The notes beneath the pieces were generated by a model. The model had not been told where the DNA came from. It worked only from the letters and a program-made list of their open reading frames with translations, and searched no databases. The translations under genes and the position numbers were made by a program. DNA of 62,842 nucleotides, counting the filler, from Choristocarpus tenellus KU-1152 (lineage: Eukaryota; Protista; Phaeophyceae): the NCBI GenBank assembly GCA_964200185.2. It is 10 parts of 10 records of this genome, joined end to end, with 100 filler letters (N's around TTAATTAATTAA, not from the genome) between each part and the next. Parts side by side here need not be neighbours in the genome. Positions count along the whole stretch, not along the records: positions 35,850 to 45,668 come from CAXNAD020003366.1; positions 45,769 to 51,107 come from CAXNAD020011099.1; positions 51,208 to 54,918 come from CAXNAD020018369.1; positions 55,019 to 62,842 come from CAXNAD020005533.1; 6 more parts are not named here. One strand, written 5' to 3'. Within the stretch, counting starts at the first letter, position 1, and every line of letters starts with the position of its first letter. Positions 38,911 to 56,875 of this stretch are shown in pieces.

Positions 38911-39867
38911 AACGCTTAATGATCAATCTGCACAACATGAAGGTTCCTTCTCCAAACAGTACCTATCAAAACACATTACTACTCTGTATCATGCAACCCT
39001 CCATAAACTGAGTTACACCAAAACACTATTTGTTGGATACAACACCAAATGCTACCAATATCAACATCTAACCCCAATGTTATCATTTACGTCTTGTCAC
39101 ATTGACACTTTAGAATGCACTACACCGCGCTCCTACAAACTCCCCTCTTGCTCCACCCCAAACAATGTCACCAAAAAAGTGACGCTTTGGTTTAGGCAAT
39201 ACCAAGGGAGAGATGAAGGCAGTAAAAAGACAGTCTTGCGTGGTCTTGTCAATCATCCTGTCTCGGCCTTCAAGTGCATTTTCTGTTTTATATCCATGTG
39301 CAGGAGGTATGAACGACTATAAACAGTACTATATAAATCTAATCTCTTTCTTCTAGGCTATTTTCTTACATTTATCCTGTGCATAAATACCCACTAGTGA
39401 TTGCATGTAAATCAACATTACTGTAGCTACAAGCAGGCAATGGCGTCCAACAACTTGGGGACACACACACACACACACAGAACTACTAAAAAAAAACGCA
39501 TCCACAAACACAGATGTGCTTAGACCTCTTAAGATTAATGGCAACATATATTGGGAGCATACCTCCCCCTCCCCAAAAAAAAAAAAAAATATTCGAAGTA
39601 GTAGGTACAACATGCAACAGAAAGGGTCCAGTTGTCTTGCCAACTACCCTAACCCTAACCCTCAAATTGCAACATTATTGTAAAAAATATCATTATTAAA
39701 GGACCTGGCTGTTCCTGGTGATTCACAAAAAAAGAGAGTCAGATTTGTTCACCAAACAACAGTCACAATGGACTGTTGCTGGAAACAAACAATATGTTGC
39801 CAAAAGGTGATTAAGACGAAACTACTTCTCTTGACAAGAACACTCCCCATCTTGCCGTAACCCCAAC

Positions 39868-45314
<5,447 letters not shown>

Positions 45315-46426
45315 CTGTAGACACATATGCAAAAATACATAGAGTAAAACGGAGACATTAGAAAAAAAATATGTTGCTGACACAGGAACAAAAAATACCT
45401 TCTTTTTTCTTCTTTAATGTTTAAGGTGCCAACTAACCCTAACCCTAAGTGCCAAACCTTTGTACACACACAAGACAGGCCAATACGCCACAGCATGAGC
45501 TCTTGATTATTGTTATTATTATCATGATAATATTATTGTAATAATAACAACGTAACATGATTAGTACGAGATCATCCCAAGTACAAATATAGGGTCAAAA
45601 TATCTGGGGGGGGGGGGGAGTGTCGGCGTCCATTTTTCACCCTTTTTTCGATTTTCACTTTTTTGGTGNNNNNNNNNNNNNNNNNNNNNNNNNNNNNNNN
45701 NNNNNNNNNNNNTTAATTAATTAANNNNNNNNNNNNNNNNNNNNNNNNNNNNNNNNNNNNNNNNNNNNCCCCCCTCCCCCAGATACTTTGGGTCTGATAA
45801 GAGTAGGGGATTATTTTATTAGTAGTTTATTTGATACATGTAGTTAGTCCACATTATGGTCAGATTTTGGTATTTATAAAACTGCATTTTCTTGAAATAC
45901 TTGAGATGGTGTGTGGCGTACTAAATATGGGTGGAAAGGAACTTGGAATGTGCTTACATGCGTATGGAGACAAAAATGCAAACAATTGCCCTCGAAGATA
46001 TACTAGAACCTTGGGGGGGGGTTATTAACCCTGCTGTTGGACATCGCAATCTTCACAGCTGCCTTTGGTTCCTATTGGGTTTTTTTTTGTAGTGAAGGGG
46101 CGAATTATCGAAGTGGCTTGGTATAAAGCTCTTCTTGAATAGGGTAAGTTGTTGAAAAGGAAGGGATCAAACTTTGTGTTACCTTTAAAACTTACACCCA
46201 AGAGATATTTGCAGTTTCGAAGAAGTAGACTACATTCGATTATCTAACTTTTTGAATCAGAATATGTATATTTTCAATATATATATGTATGTGTGTTGTT
46301 TACACATGATCTTGAAAATTATGTTCGTCTTTGAATGGAGGTGTCAAACCTCATCTTTGACTGCAGTGCTGACCATGCTGCATGTCTCGACATTTGTTGG
46401 AACTCCCCCTCCCCCTCTCTTCAAAG

Positions 46427-48291
46427 GCCCGGGATAGTGTGTGGAGGCCAGTGAGTGATGTGCTGACTGTGATGCTCCCTTTCATAGCCTTCGTTAGGTC
46501 ACTTTTTTTGGGCAGGAACAGCCGCTGCAAGCTCGTATCTGATTGGTTCCGACTCATGTGCGTCTGGCGCACTTGAAGTCAATGAGGTGTTCGGGGCGGG
46601 GGAGGTGGGAAAGGAGAGGTGCAGAGCATTGGTTGGGGGAATGGAACATTAGCCCTGTTTGGTTCTGATATGTGCAGGGCAGTATTATTACACTTTGCGT
46701 TTGAGTTTGGTGGGCAGGGGGCGGGGGGGGGGGGGTCAAGGTGGAGTTAGGGTTAGGGTTAGGGTTAGGATAGGTATATACCTTCTGAGTAGCATGTAAG
46801 GAGTCGCTTATTGAACAAGAGTTACGAATGTGACCCTCTCCCTTCCCTCCCTCTCACTGAAAATGTTGTCCTTTTCACGTCAGGGCTGTCACTTATCTCT
46901 TCCGCTGCCTTTGTGTCACATTGACGTCCTTACCTGGCCCTGCCCCACATTGTGAGAGCTACGAATTGTACCACCCACCAGCAAACTGGCACGATGTTGC
47001 TATACGCCTGGGTCCCCTTGTGGGAGACTTTCGTACGTGTGGGGACCTGATATTCTCGGGTCACACTGCTTGGACGACCATAACTATGCTGCTGGTGGGT
47101 GGTGGGGGAGTGAAGGGGTTTTGAGGGGGACAGGGAGGGGAAGGGGGAGGGGAGGACAAGACTTTCGGTGTGAGATTGGTGAGGGTCGTTTCACCCTTTG
47201 CAAGTGGCCCAGTGGACTAAGTGAAAGGTTTCATTAAATTTTATAGGTGTTTTGCGGTGGAGTAGTGTCTTGAGGTCTTAGGATGGAAACAAGCATCAAG
47301 AACCCCTTTTGCTTGAGCCCACTCCACCCCCCACAAACCAATGTTATCCAACAAACGCACCCCTTTCTTGAACACAGATTGCTAAGAGCTTCAATCAGAT
47401 GCCTCATGTGTTGTACTTCACGATTCGTGTGCTGGGGGTGATGTATCTGCTCATCATGTGTGCATGCACCATTGCCGGGCGGAAACACTACACTGTTGAC
47501 ATTGCTTTGGGTATTATGATTGCCAGCTTAACATTCTTCCGATTTCAGGTGTGTTGTGGACTTCAAGGGCCTGATGGGATGGATTGGTGTCCAACAATCA
47601 TTAATACCGTGTTTTGCGTTGGTGACAGGGGGGGGAGGGGGGAGGTAGAGGGCGGTGCTGCTTTTCTGTATCGTGTGTGTATTGTCAATGCACAGTGAGA
47701 AATGGGGATGGTAGAGGGTGGATGTATGTTCTCTTTCAGGTGGACAGTGTTCACGTATCGGACGAGTGAAATTCGTCATCAGTGTAGCAAATCTAATTTT
47801 GACGTGTTGATCAGCAAAAAACATGAATGCAGTGTCTGCAGTCGACAAAAGAGCATGAAGCCTTCCCCTACCCTCACCTCCCCCCCCCCCCCGCCCTCTC
47901 TTTCGCAATGGTTGTTCACTTGTATTTTTCCCTGATGGTCTCCTCTCTTTTTGTTGACCTTGGTCCGGCTAAGGATGGATGGACCTCTGACGATGCTGAT
48001 TGGTCACTTACATCTCACATGCTTGCGTATCGGTGGAGCAATCCAGAGGGTATCAAGGGGGGTGGTGCAAAAGGGGTGGGAGTACCTAGGGTAGGCTCTA
48101 TCTGTGAAGGTGCTGGTAGTGCTGGGGGAACTGGGTCAGGTGGCAGTGCAGGGGGGGGCATACTTGCCCTGGTTAATGCAGGGGGAGGGGGAGGCAGGGG
48201 ACAAGGTGTAGGGATTCGTTCTGCGTCATGGCAAGGGCGAAGGGGTAGAGCTGGACTGGCAGGTGTTGGTGGCCCCATGATCCAAGTTTAG
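46427..48291 (+). CDS. Sphingomyelin/inositol-phosphorylceramide synthase family enzyme (PAP2_C), 3' part to stop
   Basis: Exons 46427-46557, 46884-47094, 47378-47548, 47974-48291. Motifs FRCLCVTLTSLPGPAPHC, CGDLIFSGHT, RKHYTVDI (His/His/Asp triad); Gly-rich tail. Confidence 0.92.
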
Positions 48292-49631
48292 CATGTACTT
48301 GTTTAGGATGGGTGACTAAGATGTGGTGGTAGAATGGTAGATGAACATGGCCTGGGTGGTGACCAAGTATGATAAGATAGCAATAATGGTGAATTTGAAT
48401 ACTGTTTCAGGATTTGTTCATTCTTTTTATGGTGATGCTCGAGTGGTAGAGGGTAGTTTCTCTCATGAAAGCACTGATGTAGCCTGTGCATGCTGTGGAT
48501 CATGGAGCAGAGGGGTGGGTTCAGGGAGGGAGCAAAGCAAGGCTAATGTGTACATACATCTATATATTTAATACAGGATAGGGTTGTGGTCATCTATATT
48601 CAATACTGTACATGTGTAGTGGACTTCGGTGCCTGTAAACAGACTTTGGGTCACACAAAGCATGGGGACTGTGTTCTCACTGCAACCTTTAAAGCGGTAC
48701 TCCGTGCTAGGGCTCATGATGCAGGGGTGATGGCATAACACTATAAATACCAAGATGCAGAAGGAAGGATAATGAAACAGGTATGCATATGGTGTAGTGA
48801 GTGAGATCAGGCAGGTTGTACTTAAGATGGGAAGGAGAAAGGTTCGCCTCTTGCAATATCTTGTTGCGTATCTGTGAAAACACGTTTGGTCTGATCTAAG
48901 CAGACATGTGGATAGAATGGTGTGACGTAAGAAAGGGGTGTAGTTGTAAAATGGAAAAAAAAGGAGGGGAAATGTTGAGCCACGTCGGTGATGAAGGCTC
49001 ATAAAAAGCCTGGTAAAAATGCCCGGATAGTATTACCACAAAAAAAAGTTGATGACTTTCTACAAATTTCATTTGTTTGTTTTTACTTTATTCCTTTCAA
49101 CAGAACAATAAATGATGACAGTACATAGTGATAGCGATCGTAGTTTACGGTGAGCTGTACATTGTCCTTCAGCGCAACAGTTCACTGCTACAGAGAACTT
49201 TTCATCTCTCTCTCTGTTGACTGATGTTGAGATATTTTTTGGATGGACTCCTCCTAGTAGTTCCTGTGCTTAGGGATCGTGGTCGGATTTGCTGAATGTT
49301 CCCTGTATGTACATGTAATGTTAATGGTAATAGATTTAGCACTAAACTTCCATCTCTTTGTGTTGACGAATGCTAATAGCACTTTTGTTTATGTTGTATT
49401 GCCGTGATTTGGGATTTGCGGGGTTAGAGGACATTGACTGCTTGTCTTTGTTACTGGATAAATGTGGATGGTTACGCAAATGATTCATTTCCTCCAAGTG
49501 TTCGTATGGCCATACTATGTTGTGCATTAGACCTTTCTTGAAAGGCGTTTTTGCTGCACAATGTTATATGATGAATGCATAGATGTGCAGGGGACCACTT
49601 GCAGCCTTACGCAGTAAATGGTACATGTTTT

Positions 49632-50011
49632 GAGTCAAAGTATCTTATAACATAACATAACACAACAAACAAAACAAAGTGTGTTTTTATTTTTTAGACG
49701 ATGCACACAACGATCGAGAGACTCCTACCACACACGAAAACAATTTCCTGTTAGTTTGTTTTTTACCATTACATGTATCAGTCATTAGGGGTCAAAATCC
49801 AATATTGCATTTTTGGTGTAATTCTGGCTATCGTGTTTATTAGGAAGTGCCAATATTGTTGTTCCAGACACACCTTTCATAACGTACACATTTTACCTAC
49901 TCCCAAACAAATTGGGGTAGGAAATTGTGTCATTAAAAAAAAATCTGCGAGAAGCGAAGCCCCAAATGGACAAACAGGGCAAAACTCGTACCCTCTAAGA
50001 TACTTTCACTC
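49632..50011 (+). mobile_element. MITE family A with ~135 bp of foreign sequence just inside the left TIR
   Basis: GAGTCAAAGTATCTTA, then unrelated sequence, then the consensus body and right TIR; flanks TTTT/TTTT. Confidence 0.85.
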
Positions 50012-50611
50012 TTTTAGTTGTTTTGTTGACTTTGTTTTGTGCGTGTTTCATACAATAAGTCGTTTGTTGGCTTTCAGAGAGACTTCGTAATTGGTTGGTG
50101 ATGTTCTCACACCAACAAGACGTTGTAGCCTGTTGCAGCATCTTCAGTTCGCATTACCTGGACAATAGCTAGAGTAGTAATTCTCGTGGACATAGAACAG
50201 TTGTGTGAGGTGGATACTGCAGCTTGAAGCAGGTAGGAGTCGTCACTGATGCATTATTTTAACTGTCATCGTGTTTCTCCTCAGCTGATTTTCCTATTCC
50301 TTACTGTACTTGCTGCTGTAACTAGGTGATATCTACATGGTCATATTGATGTATATATATTGTGCTCTGGTGCACGCAATCTTTCTCGGTTCTTGACACC
50401 AGCAAGTGAGTGATAAAAATGTCACTTTGTTCAACATTTTGATGTGAAAGTTGCAGAACAGTTGTGTTTAGAGTTGGCAATTGTATATATACTCCAGGTA
50501 TATCATACTACACATTTTATATATCTATGTGTTATGTACGTGTGTATGTATATATATATATGTATTATATGAGTGTATTGTGTATGTCTGCTTACTTCAA
50601 ATATATTGTTC

Positions 50612-50930
50612 AAGGCACGGTGCCACTGCTACTTAACAAAACTCTTGGCTGACACAATGACGTGATCACACATCGTGTACAGGGTTGTAACACCTGGAAA
50701 CCCACATCCACTTCCCGTTCATCTGAGTAGAATAAAACGCTACTATCTTCAAGTTCAACTTCCCACGCCAGACATAAATGAACTGGATTATTTGTTTCTA
50801 AGAAGGCCGCTTTCATTCCCAGACGTAGACCATCAGGTCTCTCAACCAGTACACTATTGATAGCATTGGAGTCAAACCAATCGAGAGGTAGGCAAGTTTG
50901 GACCATTTTGCATTCTAAGCCATTTTTCTT
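50612..50930 (+). mobile_element. Ty3/Gypsy integrase C-terminal remnant
   Basis: HIVYRVVTPGNPHPLPVHLSRIKRYY resembles the (GPY/F)...VYxI...VHxxRLKxY tail of Ty3/Gypsy integrases; flanked by stops. Confidence 0.5.
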
Positions 50931-51575
50931 ACCCTGTGCACTACATTCTATTTCATTGCTTTGTGTGCACAATAGTGCATGCAAAGTTGATTGATACTTT
51001 CCCTTTCCACACACAAGGTGACACCACAAATCAGCAAAGAACAGCCGATTTCAAAAATTGAGGATGGAGCTTTTTGTTGAGGATGGGCTTGACCCAAAAT
51101 TGACTGGNNNNNNNNNNNNNNNNNNNNNNNNNNNNNNNNNNNNNNNNNNNNTTAATTAATTAANNNNNNNNNNNNNNNNNNNNNNNNNNNNNNNNNNNNN
51201 NNNNNNNGAGCTTCACTGTTGAACCCATATGAAAGAATTGTTTTTCCTTTTTTTATAAAGAGTTTACCTCGATCCTAGCCTCCTCCTGACAATGCAGTGG
51301 ATGGGGGGGGGAGGGGGGGGGTGGGAGTTATTATTACGGGCAATAGTTTTTCTAGGCCTTGGTGAGGCGAGAGACAAAAATGGACAGATAAATAAGAACT
51401 ACAACTGGCCAGGCAAATCAAGCTAACGTATCCATCTGTTTTGAGCTTTTATTGCCGCCTGACGTCGTCAACACTTTCATTCCAGAAATAATTTAACGTT
51501 TGACGTGATATACCTATTGTCTACCATTTTCCATCTTCAATCACAGTCCGTGTTGTCACCACCTCCTTTTGACAG

Positions 51576-54500
51576 GCCACCCCTACAGTCAGTGACAGCC
51601 ATGTTTTTCAACTCCCTGGATGAGAATCTCGATGGTATACTTGCAATGGAGGAGATCAGAGAGGTGATTGCTACCGTGGTGAAAGTAGTCTGTACTGGTA
51701 CTCAGAACTGGAGGATTGGTAGATGGACTGATGTGGCTGGTTTGCAATGGAACAACAATAAGCACGGCAGATGAATGTAAAAGTTGAAACTGAGAAACCT
51801 AGGATTCTATTTCGAGCTTCTTTTGAGCAAACCAGCTGGGTATACTATACCTCAGTTTCCTTGGAATCATGCAACATTGATACATTCTGTTTTTGTTTGC
51901 ATGATAGTGTTTTCCAACCATGTTTGCATGTGTTCATATGACTTTCATATGTTGCAATTGTTAAGTTTGTGGAGGATGTAGGTGGAAGTCACTTGGATGA
52001 CACCTCTGAGATCCAGGGAGGCGTGTCTAGTGTGATGGAGCACCTGGACATTGACAGCAACAGCGATATCACCCTGGGGGATATCAGGTGATCATTGCTT
52101 CGCCATTAAGTGTTATGGAGTGATGAAAGGCAGGTAGTGGCAACTTGATGCTATAAATGGTTGAGTATGTATGATACCATCTAGTGCTTACAGTTAAGTT
52201 CATTTTTTTCGTGCAGAGATGAGCCTTCTCCAAGAATCGTCAAGTGTGTGCCTTGCTCTTTGTGTTGGTGTTACATGTTACAACTGAGTTGATCTTTTGA
52301 TACTGCCTCACTGCTTACCTTGTCATTTGAACAATACCTCCAGGACTTGTTGAGATGGCTTGGTATGCAGATGCGATAAAGCACCCCCCTCTAAGAGTCT
52401 CTTGTATTTCGTGTGGTTTGTTAGAAGGAGAACGAATGGCCTACCTCTTCTCCTTAAGCCAGTGCTGGTGAACAGATAAAGGGATGACTTCCCAAGTGTT
52501 TCTACTGTACCCTGATTGCCTCAACATGGCACTCTCTGTTATGCAAACTGGGTGTTCATTGATTTTGATCCCCTCAAATCTTAGCTGAAGAACACCATGA
52601 ATATGTGACTTGTTCGGGTTAATACACAAGACACACACACACATACACACATCTTGTAACCTACCCCCACTTCTCTCACCTATATCCTACACAGTTACAT
52701 CAGCTTGTGATTTGTATCGCAGTTATCGTTGACGGGAACACAATCGTACTCATCATGACTCCTTGGGTGCTGATAAGTTCAATAGCAGAATATCCAATGT
52801 ATCTGGGATAGGTCATAAAACCCGTTTGTACAGTTCATAATTTTCCAAGTCCAGCATCTCTAACCATGTGTGATACTGAAGTACCACTGGGTTTGATGGT
52901 AACTGATGCCTATGTCTTGATATTTTGATGTTCCAAACAAAAAGCTCTTAATTTATTACGTATGTCAGCAATTCACTACCTGTGTCATGGGTGAACACCC
53001 CCACTTATTTGGATTGTTTGTTGTTGTTGGTGGTGGTGCTGTTGGTGTGGGTCGGTCTGAGATTCAGGTCTTGGTTCAGTCGACTGGGTTCTATCCTCAC
53101 CGTGAATGAGGCGGCTGACTGGGTGCAGCATTCTGTACAGTTGCCAGAGCGAATCGCACAGGTTTTTAGGCAGAACACGGTGAGGGGTGTACTGGTGTTG
53201 TGAGAGATGTTGAACCCGGGATTAACACGGGTCAACATTTGTCCCCCAACCCTAAAAGCAATTGCCGTCGACCCTGTAGGCCTCTCTGTAGGGGTTGTTG
53301 GTGCGTGTATGTTTTTCAGAGCGTTCGCCTCTGAAAGAGATGCGCCTTGGTGTCTTACCTGTATGAATATATTATATTGCTGGTGTGATTTTATTATTAT
53401 TATTATTATTACTGCTATTAACTTTATGTGTACCATCATGTGTTGTTTCGTGGTCTTTGGAGTTGATTTGTTTTGTGCTGCAGGTACCTCTTTGAAAGTC
53501 TGTTCAGGTTTTTTAAAAGTATACATACGTGTACGGTTGAATCATTGCGTTTATGTTTTCCACAGCTGCTTCAACGGAGTTCTTTTTTTTGTCTTAAAAT
53601 AAGAACTGAAAAAAAAAAATGAATTGCATATTTTTCTCAGTGTTGATTGCGACTGTTTCACCCCCTCTTGATTATTATCGACTGTGGTGTGCTCTGTCAC
53701 CATTTTTTGTTTCAGACTACTGCACATATCGTGCATCCTGATTGGCTTGTTGTGTGTGTGTGCGTGTGTGCATGTGTGTGTGTGTGTTTTGTTTTTTTCT
53801 TGTGTATGTACGTTGCCCCCCTTGTATGTGTACATGGCTTTATATGGCTTGCGCCCTCTCTCCGTTGAAAGGTGACAGGTTACGACTTTCCTGACCTGTT
53901 GAAAGAAGATGGGGCCGCACTGTTCTATGACCTGGGCATCAAGAGGAGATCCTTTAGAAAGCGTATCATGAAAGTGAGTAGGGATGTGCATAGGATAGAT
54001 CCTGAGTTGAACTACTCACGAGGCTGGTGGTGTCTCTGTGATATTTCTGGAATGTGCATATTTATTTGTATTATGAAGACATGCCGGAGGTCCTGTTGAA
54101 TGACAAGCAATCGGGCATAGGAAAAACAGGCCTAGAAAAGGAGGCAATCTTGAAGAAGTAGAACTATGCTGCCGAAGCATGACTAGCGACCATTGCCCCT
54201 ATAAGTGTAGAGTCAAATCAACCCCACTCATCTCTGATCTCTCAATTCCCCTGTATTTTCACCCCTTTGCTCCGCCACCCCCAATGCCTTAACCCACCAC
54301 ACACATGCACACAAAAAAAGGCGATTGAGATAAGGCTACTAGGCTTGGGAGAAGAGCCGCTGCCCCCCATGGCAGAGGTGGTGCACCTGACCTCCACGAG
54401 TGCAAGAATATCGTGGATCGAGGGTTCAGAAATTTCCCCAGATTTTCTCAAGGGCGGCGGTGCTGCTACGATAGTGGATGGCGTTGCAGTAGATGGAGAC

Positions 54501-54918
54501 CATACCTGTGAAGGGAGAGGTGATACAGTTAAAGGAGATGACCGGTGCAGTGCTGCTGCTGTTGTGACAATTCATGGGGGGGCTGGGGTAGACTCCGTAG
54601 TGTCTGTTGCTGTCTCTGGAAGCGCCGAAAGCGGTTCATCAGACCATTCTGTGTCTGCAGCAGGGTTTTCATCCTTTTCTCAGGCGGTGCTCCATGTTGA
54701 GACTTGTTCCCCCTCGACCGGGGCAGTAGAACCCCCATCCTTGCCCCGGCAGGATTCTGGAAGTATCAGTCGATCGCATATGTTTCCTGTGCACAAGTAT
54801 GTCCTCCAGCGTGTCTGCTCAGAGAGCCGCATCAAGAGTGGGGGGAGCGGCACAAGGAGGTGGGGGGGGGGAGGGGGGCATGGCCATGGCCAGGGTGAGG
54901 GGGGGTATGGTGGATATG
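51576..54918 (+). CDS. STIM-like EF-hand pair + SAM domain + fibronectin type III protein, internal part
   Basis: Phase-consistent exons 51576-51663, 51966-52087, 53068-53179, 53872-53973, 54321->54918. EF loops DENLDGILAMEE and DIDSNSDITLGD; SAM LTVNEAADWVQHSVQLPERIAQVFRQNTVTGYDFPDLL...DLGIKRRSFRKRIMKAIEIRLLG; FN3-like strands LTSTSARISW and FPVHKYVLQR. Confidence 0.8.
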
Positions 54919-55585
54919 NNNNNNNNNNNNNNNNNNNNNNNNNNNNNNNNNNNNNNNNNNNNTTAATTAATTAANNNNNNNNNNNNNNNNNNNNNNNNNN
55001 NNNNNNNNNNNNNNNNNNCCCCTCCCCCCCAGATACTTTGGGTCAGGTACAGCCTTTTGAGCCTTTGACACCCAAGCTATCGCTCGTCAAGAAAATGTTA
55101 TTGCCCGTCCAGTCGTAACGATATCTCCAAAAAAGCTAGCATCAGTATTTACATTAACAATGCTCCATACTAATACCCCCAAAGTTCGAAACGTTTACTA
55201 CCACTCCATGTAACCCCATCATGTGAAATGTCAAACCTACAGAGTACTTCCTACCTCCAAAACACTGAATTGAAAAATGCCCCTCAGTCTTAGAGTGAAA
55301 CCAAATCAATACACTGTGCAATCTTGCAACCGTGAGGTAGTCTACACAATGGACTATCACAGCAAGACCTTTGCTATTTTCTATGTTGATCATAACAGAG
55401 GGATCTGCTCTACACTGCTCAAAGCCACACTACCACATAACATAAACTACTAAAGCATTATCTCTCTCTCTAGCTGCTTGGTTCCATACAGTGCATTTAG
55501 CAACCAAACAACCCTACAAGACAAGAGGTCACACCCATCAGAGAAACGAAAACATATCTTCACCAGTATTGTCTGTACATGGTTT

Positions 55586-55860
55586 GAGCCAAAGTATCTT
55601 AGAGGGTAGAGCCGCGTCCATTTGGGAACCTAAATCCATTGTTGCGATTTTGATGTCGATTTTGATGTAATTTTGGCTATTGTGTTTGTTAGGAAGTGTC
55701 AATATCCATGTTCTGGACACACCTATTCATAACGTATACATTTTCCCCACTCTGAAACGTTTTGGAGTAGGAAAACATAATAAAAGAACCAACCTATGGG
55801 AAGGCAAGTCCCAAATGGACAAACAAGGCAAAACTTGTACCCTCTAAGATACTTTCTCTC
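55586..55860 (+). mobile_element. MITE family A, full length
   Basis: TIRs GAGCCAAAGTATCTTAGAGGGTA / TACCCTCTAAGATACTTTCTCTC; TSD TTT/TTT. Confidence 0.93.
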
Positions 55861-56875
55861 TTTCCCTATTTCTTGACATATGGCCAAGTTCAGAAACCAT
55901 GGGTTAGTGTGTCTTTCCCTGATGGGTAGTGCTGACTCATGGACGCTGATATCAGCAACGTCCACATGGTGATCAGATGAACATACCATCATATTTGTGT
56001 GTCAATTTATGCAATTCTGTATGCATTTCTTTATACACATATTCCAAATTTGTATGTGTCAGCGAACTTTTGTGAGTATATTTGAAGATGTGATAGGTAG
56101 GCATTATTTTTCATGAAGCAATGGGATATGTATTACTAGTGGAATTTCTTCTAACGAAGATTTCATTGAAGCAGGAATGCGTTCAATGCCGCATGCAGTA
56201 GCAAGAGTCAAGAATCCTTCTATTCAAGGACAGATACCTATTATTAGTGTTTTTTGGGAGAATTTCTGATGTAAATCTTATTGTTGCAGGTGTGGTTATA
56301 AACAAGTAGTTACTTAGTCATTTATGTGTAGTAGAAGGACAGAGCTTTTTTCAAGATTAAAGAAGTTACTTCATTAGATCCAACTAGTTCTGATCTTGAT
56401 ATGAGGCCTTCAATGTGGTCAAATCTTTATAATGTTCGTTGCATATAAGTCAGAATGACACTAGGAAAAACTAGCTTCGGGTTAGGGTTAGGGTTTTCTC
56501 TACCGAAGTGTTCTAAAGCCTAAAACTTATTAGTGGCAATCGAGTATATGAAAAAAAAGACAAAGCTCATTGAGATAGTTTTTAAAAAACATGCAAAACT
56601 GACGCAAATGGAGAAGAATACTATCTTAAACAAACCTGCAAATATTTTCTATGCTGTACAAAGAACCCCATGTGCATATATCTGAAGTACACGAGGTTTT
56701 TGTTAGGTTGTGAACACAGAATCAATGTGTAGAGACGTTTCAGTTCAAATATCTCATTTTATAGTAAACTAGACGGATCCAAATCTGGGTTCTCTTGGCA
56801 GGGTCTTAACAGGGAAGATGCAAAAACCCCCAACCAACCGCTGACTGGATCCAATGCTATAATCCTGTCTGGCAG

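Noticed and set aside
50610-51029. Minus-strand 139-aa ORF
   Set aside because: The opposite strand carries a recognisable Gypsy integrase tail motif, so this ORF is probably its shadow.
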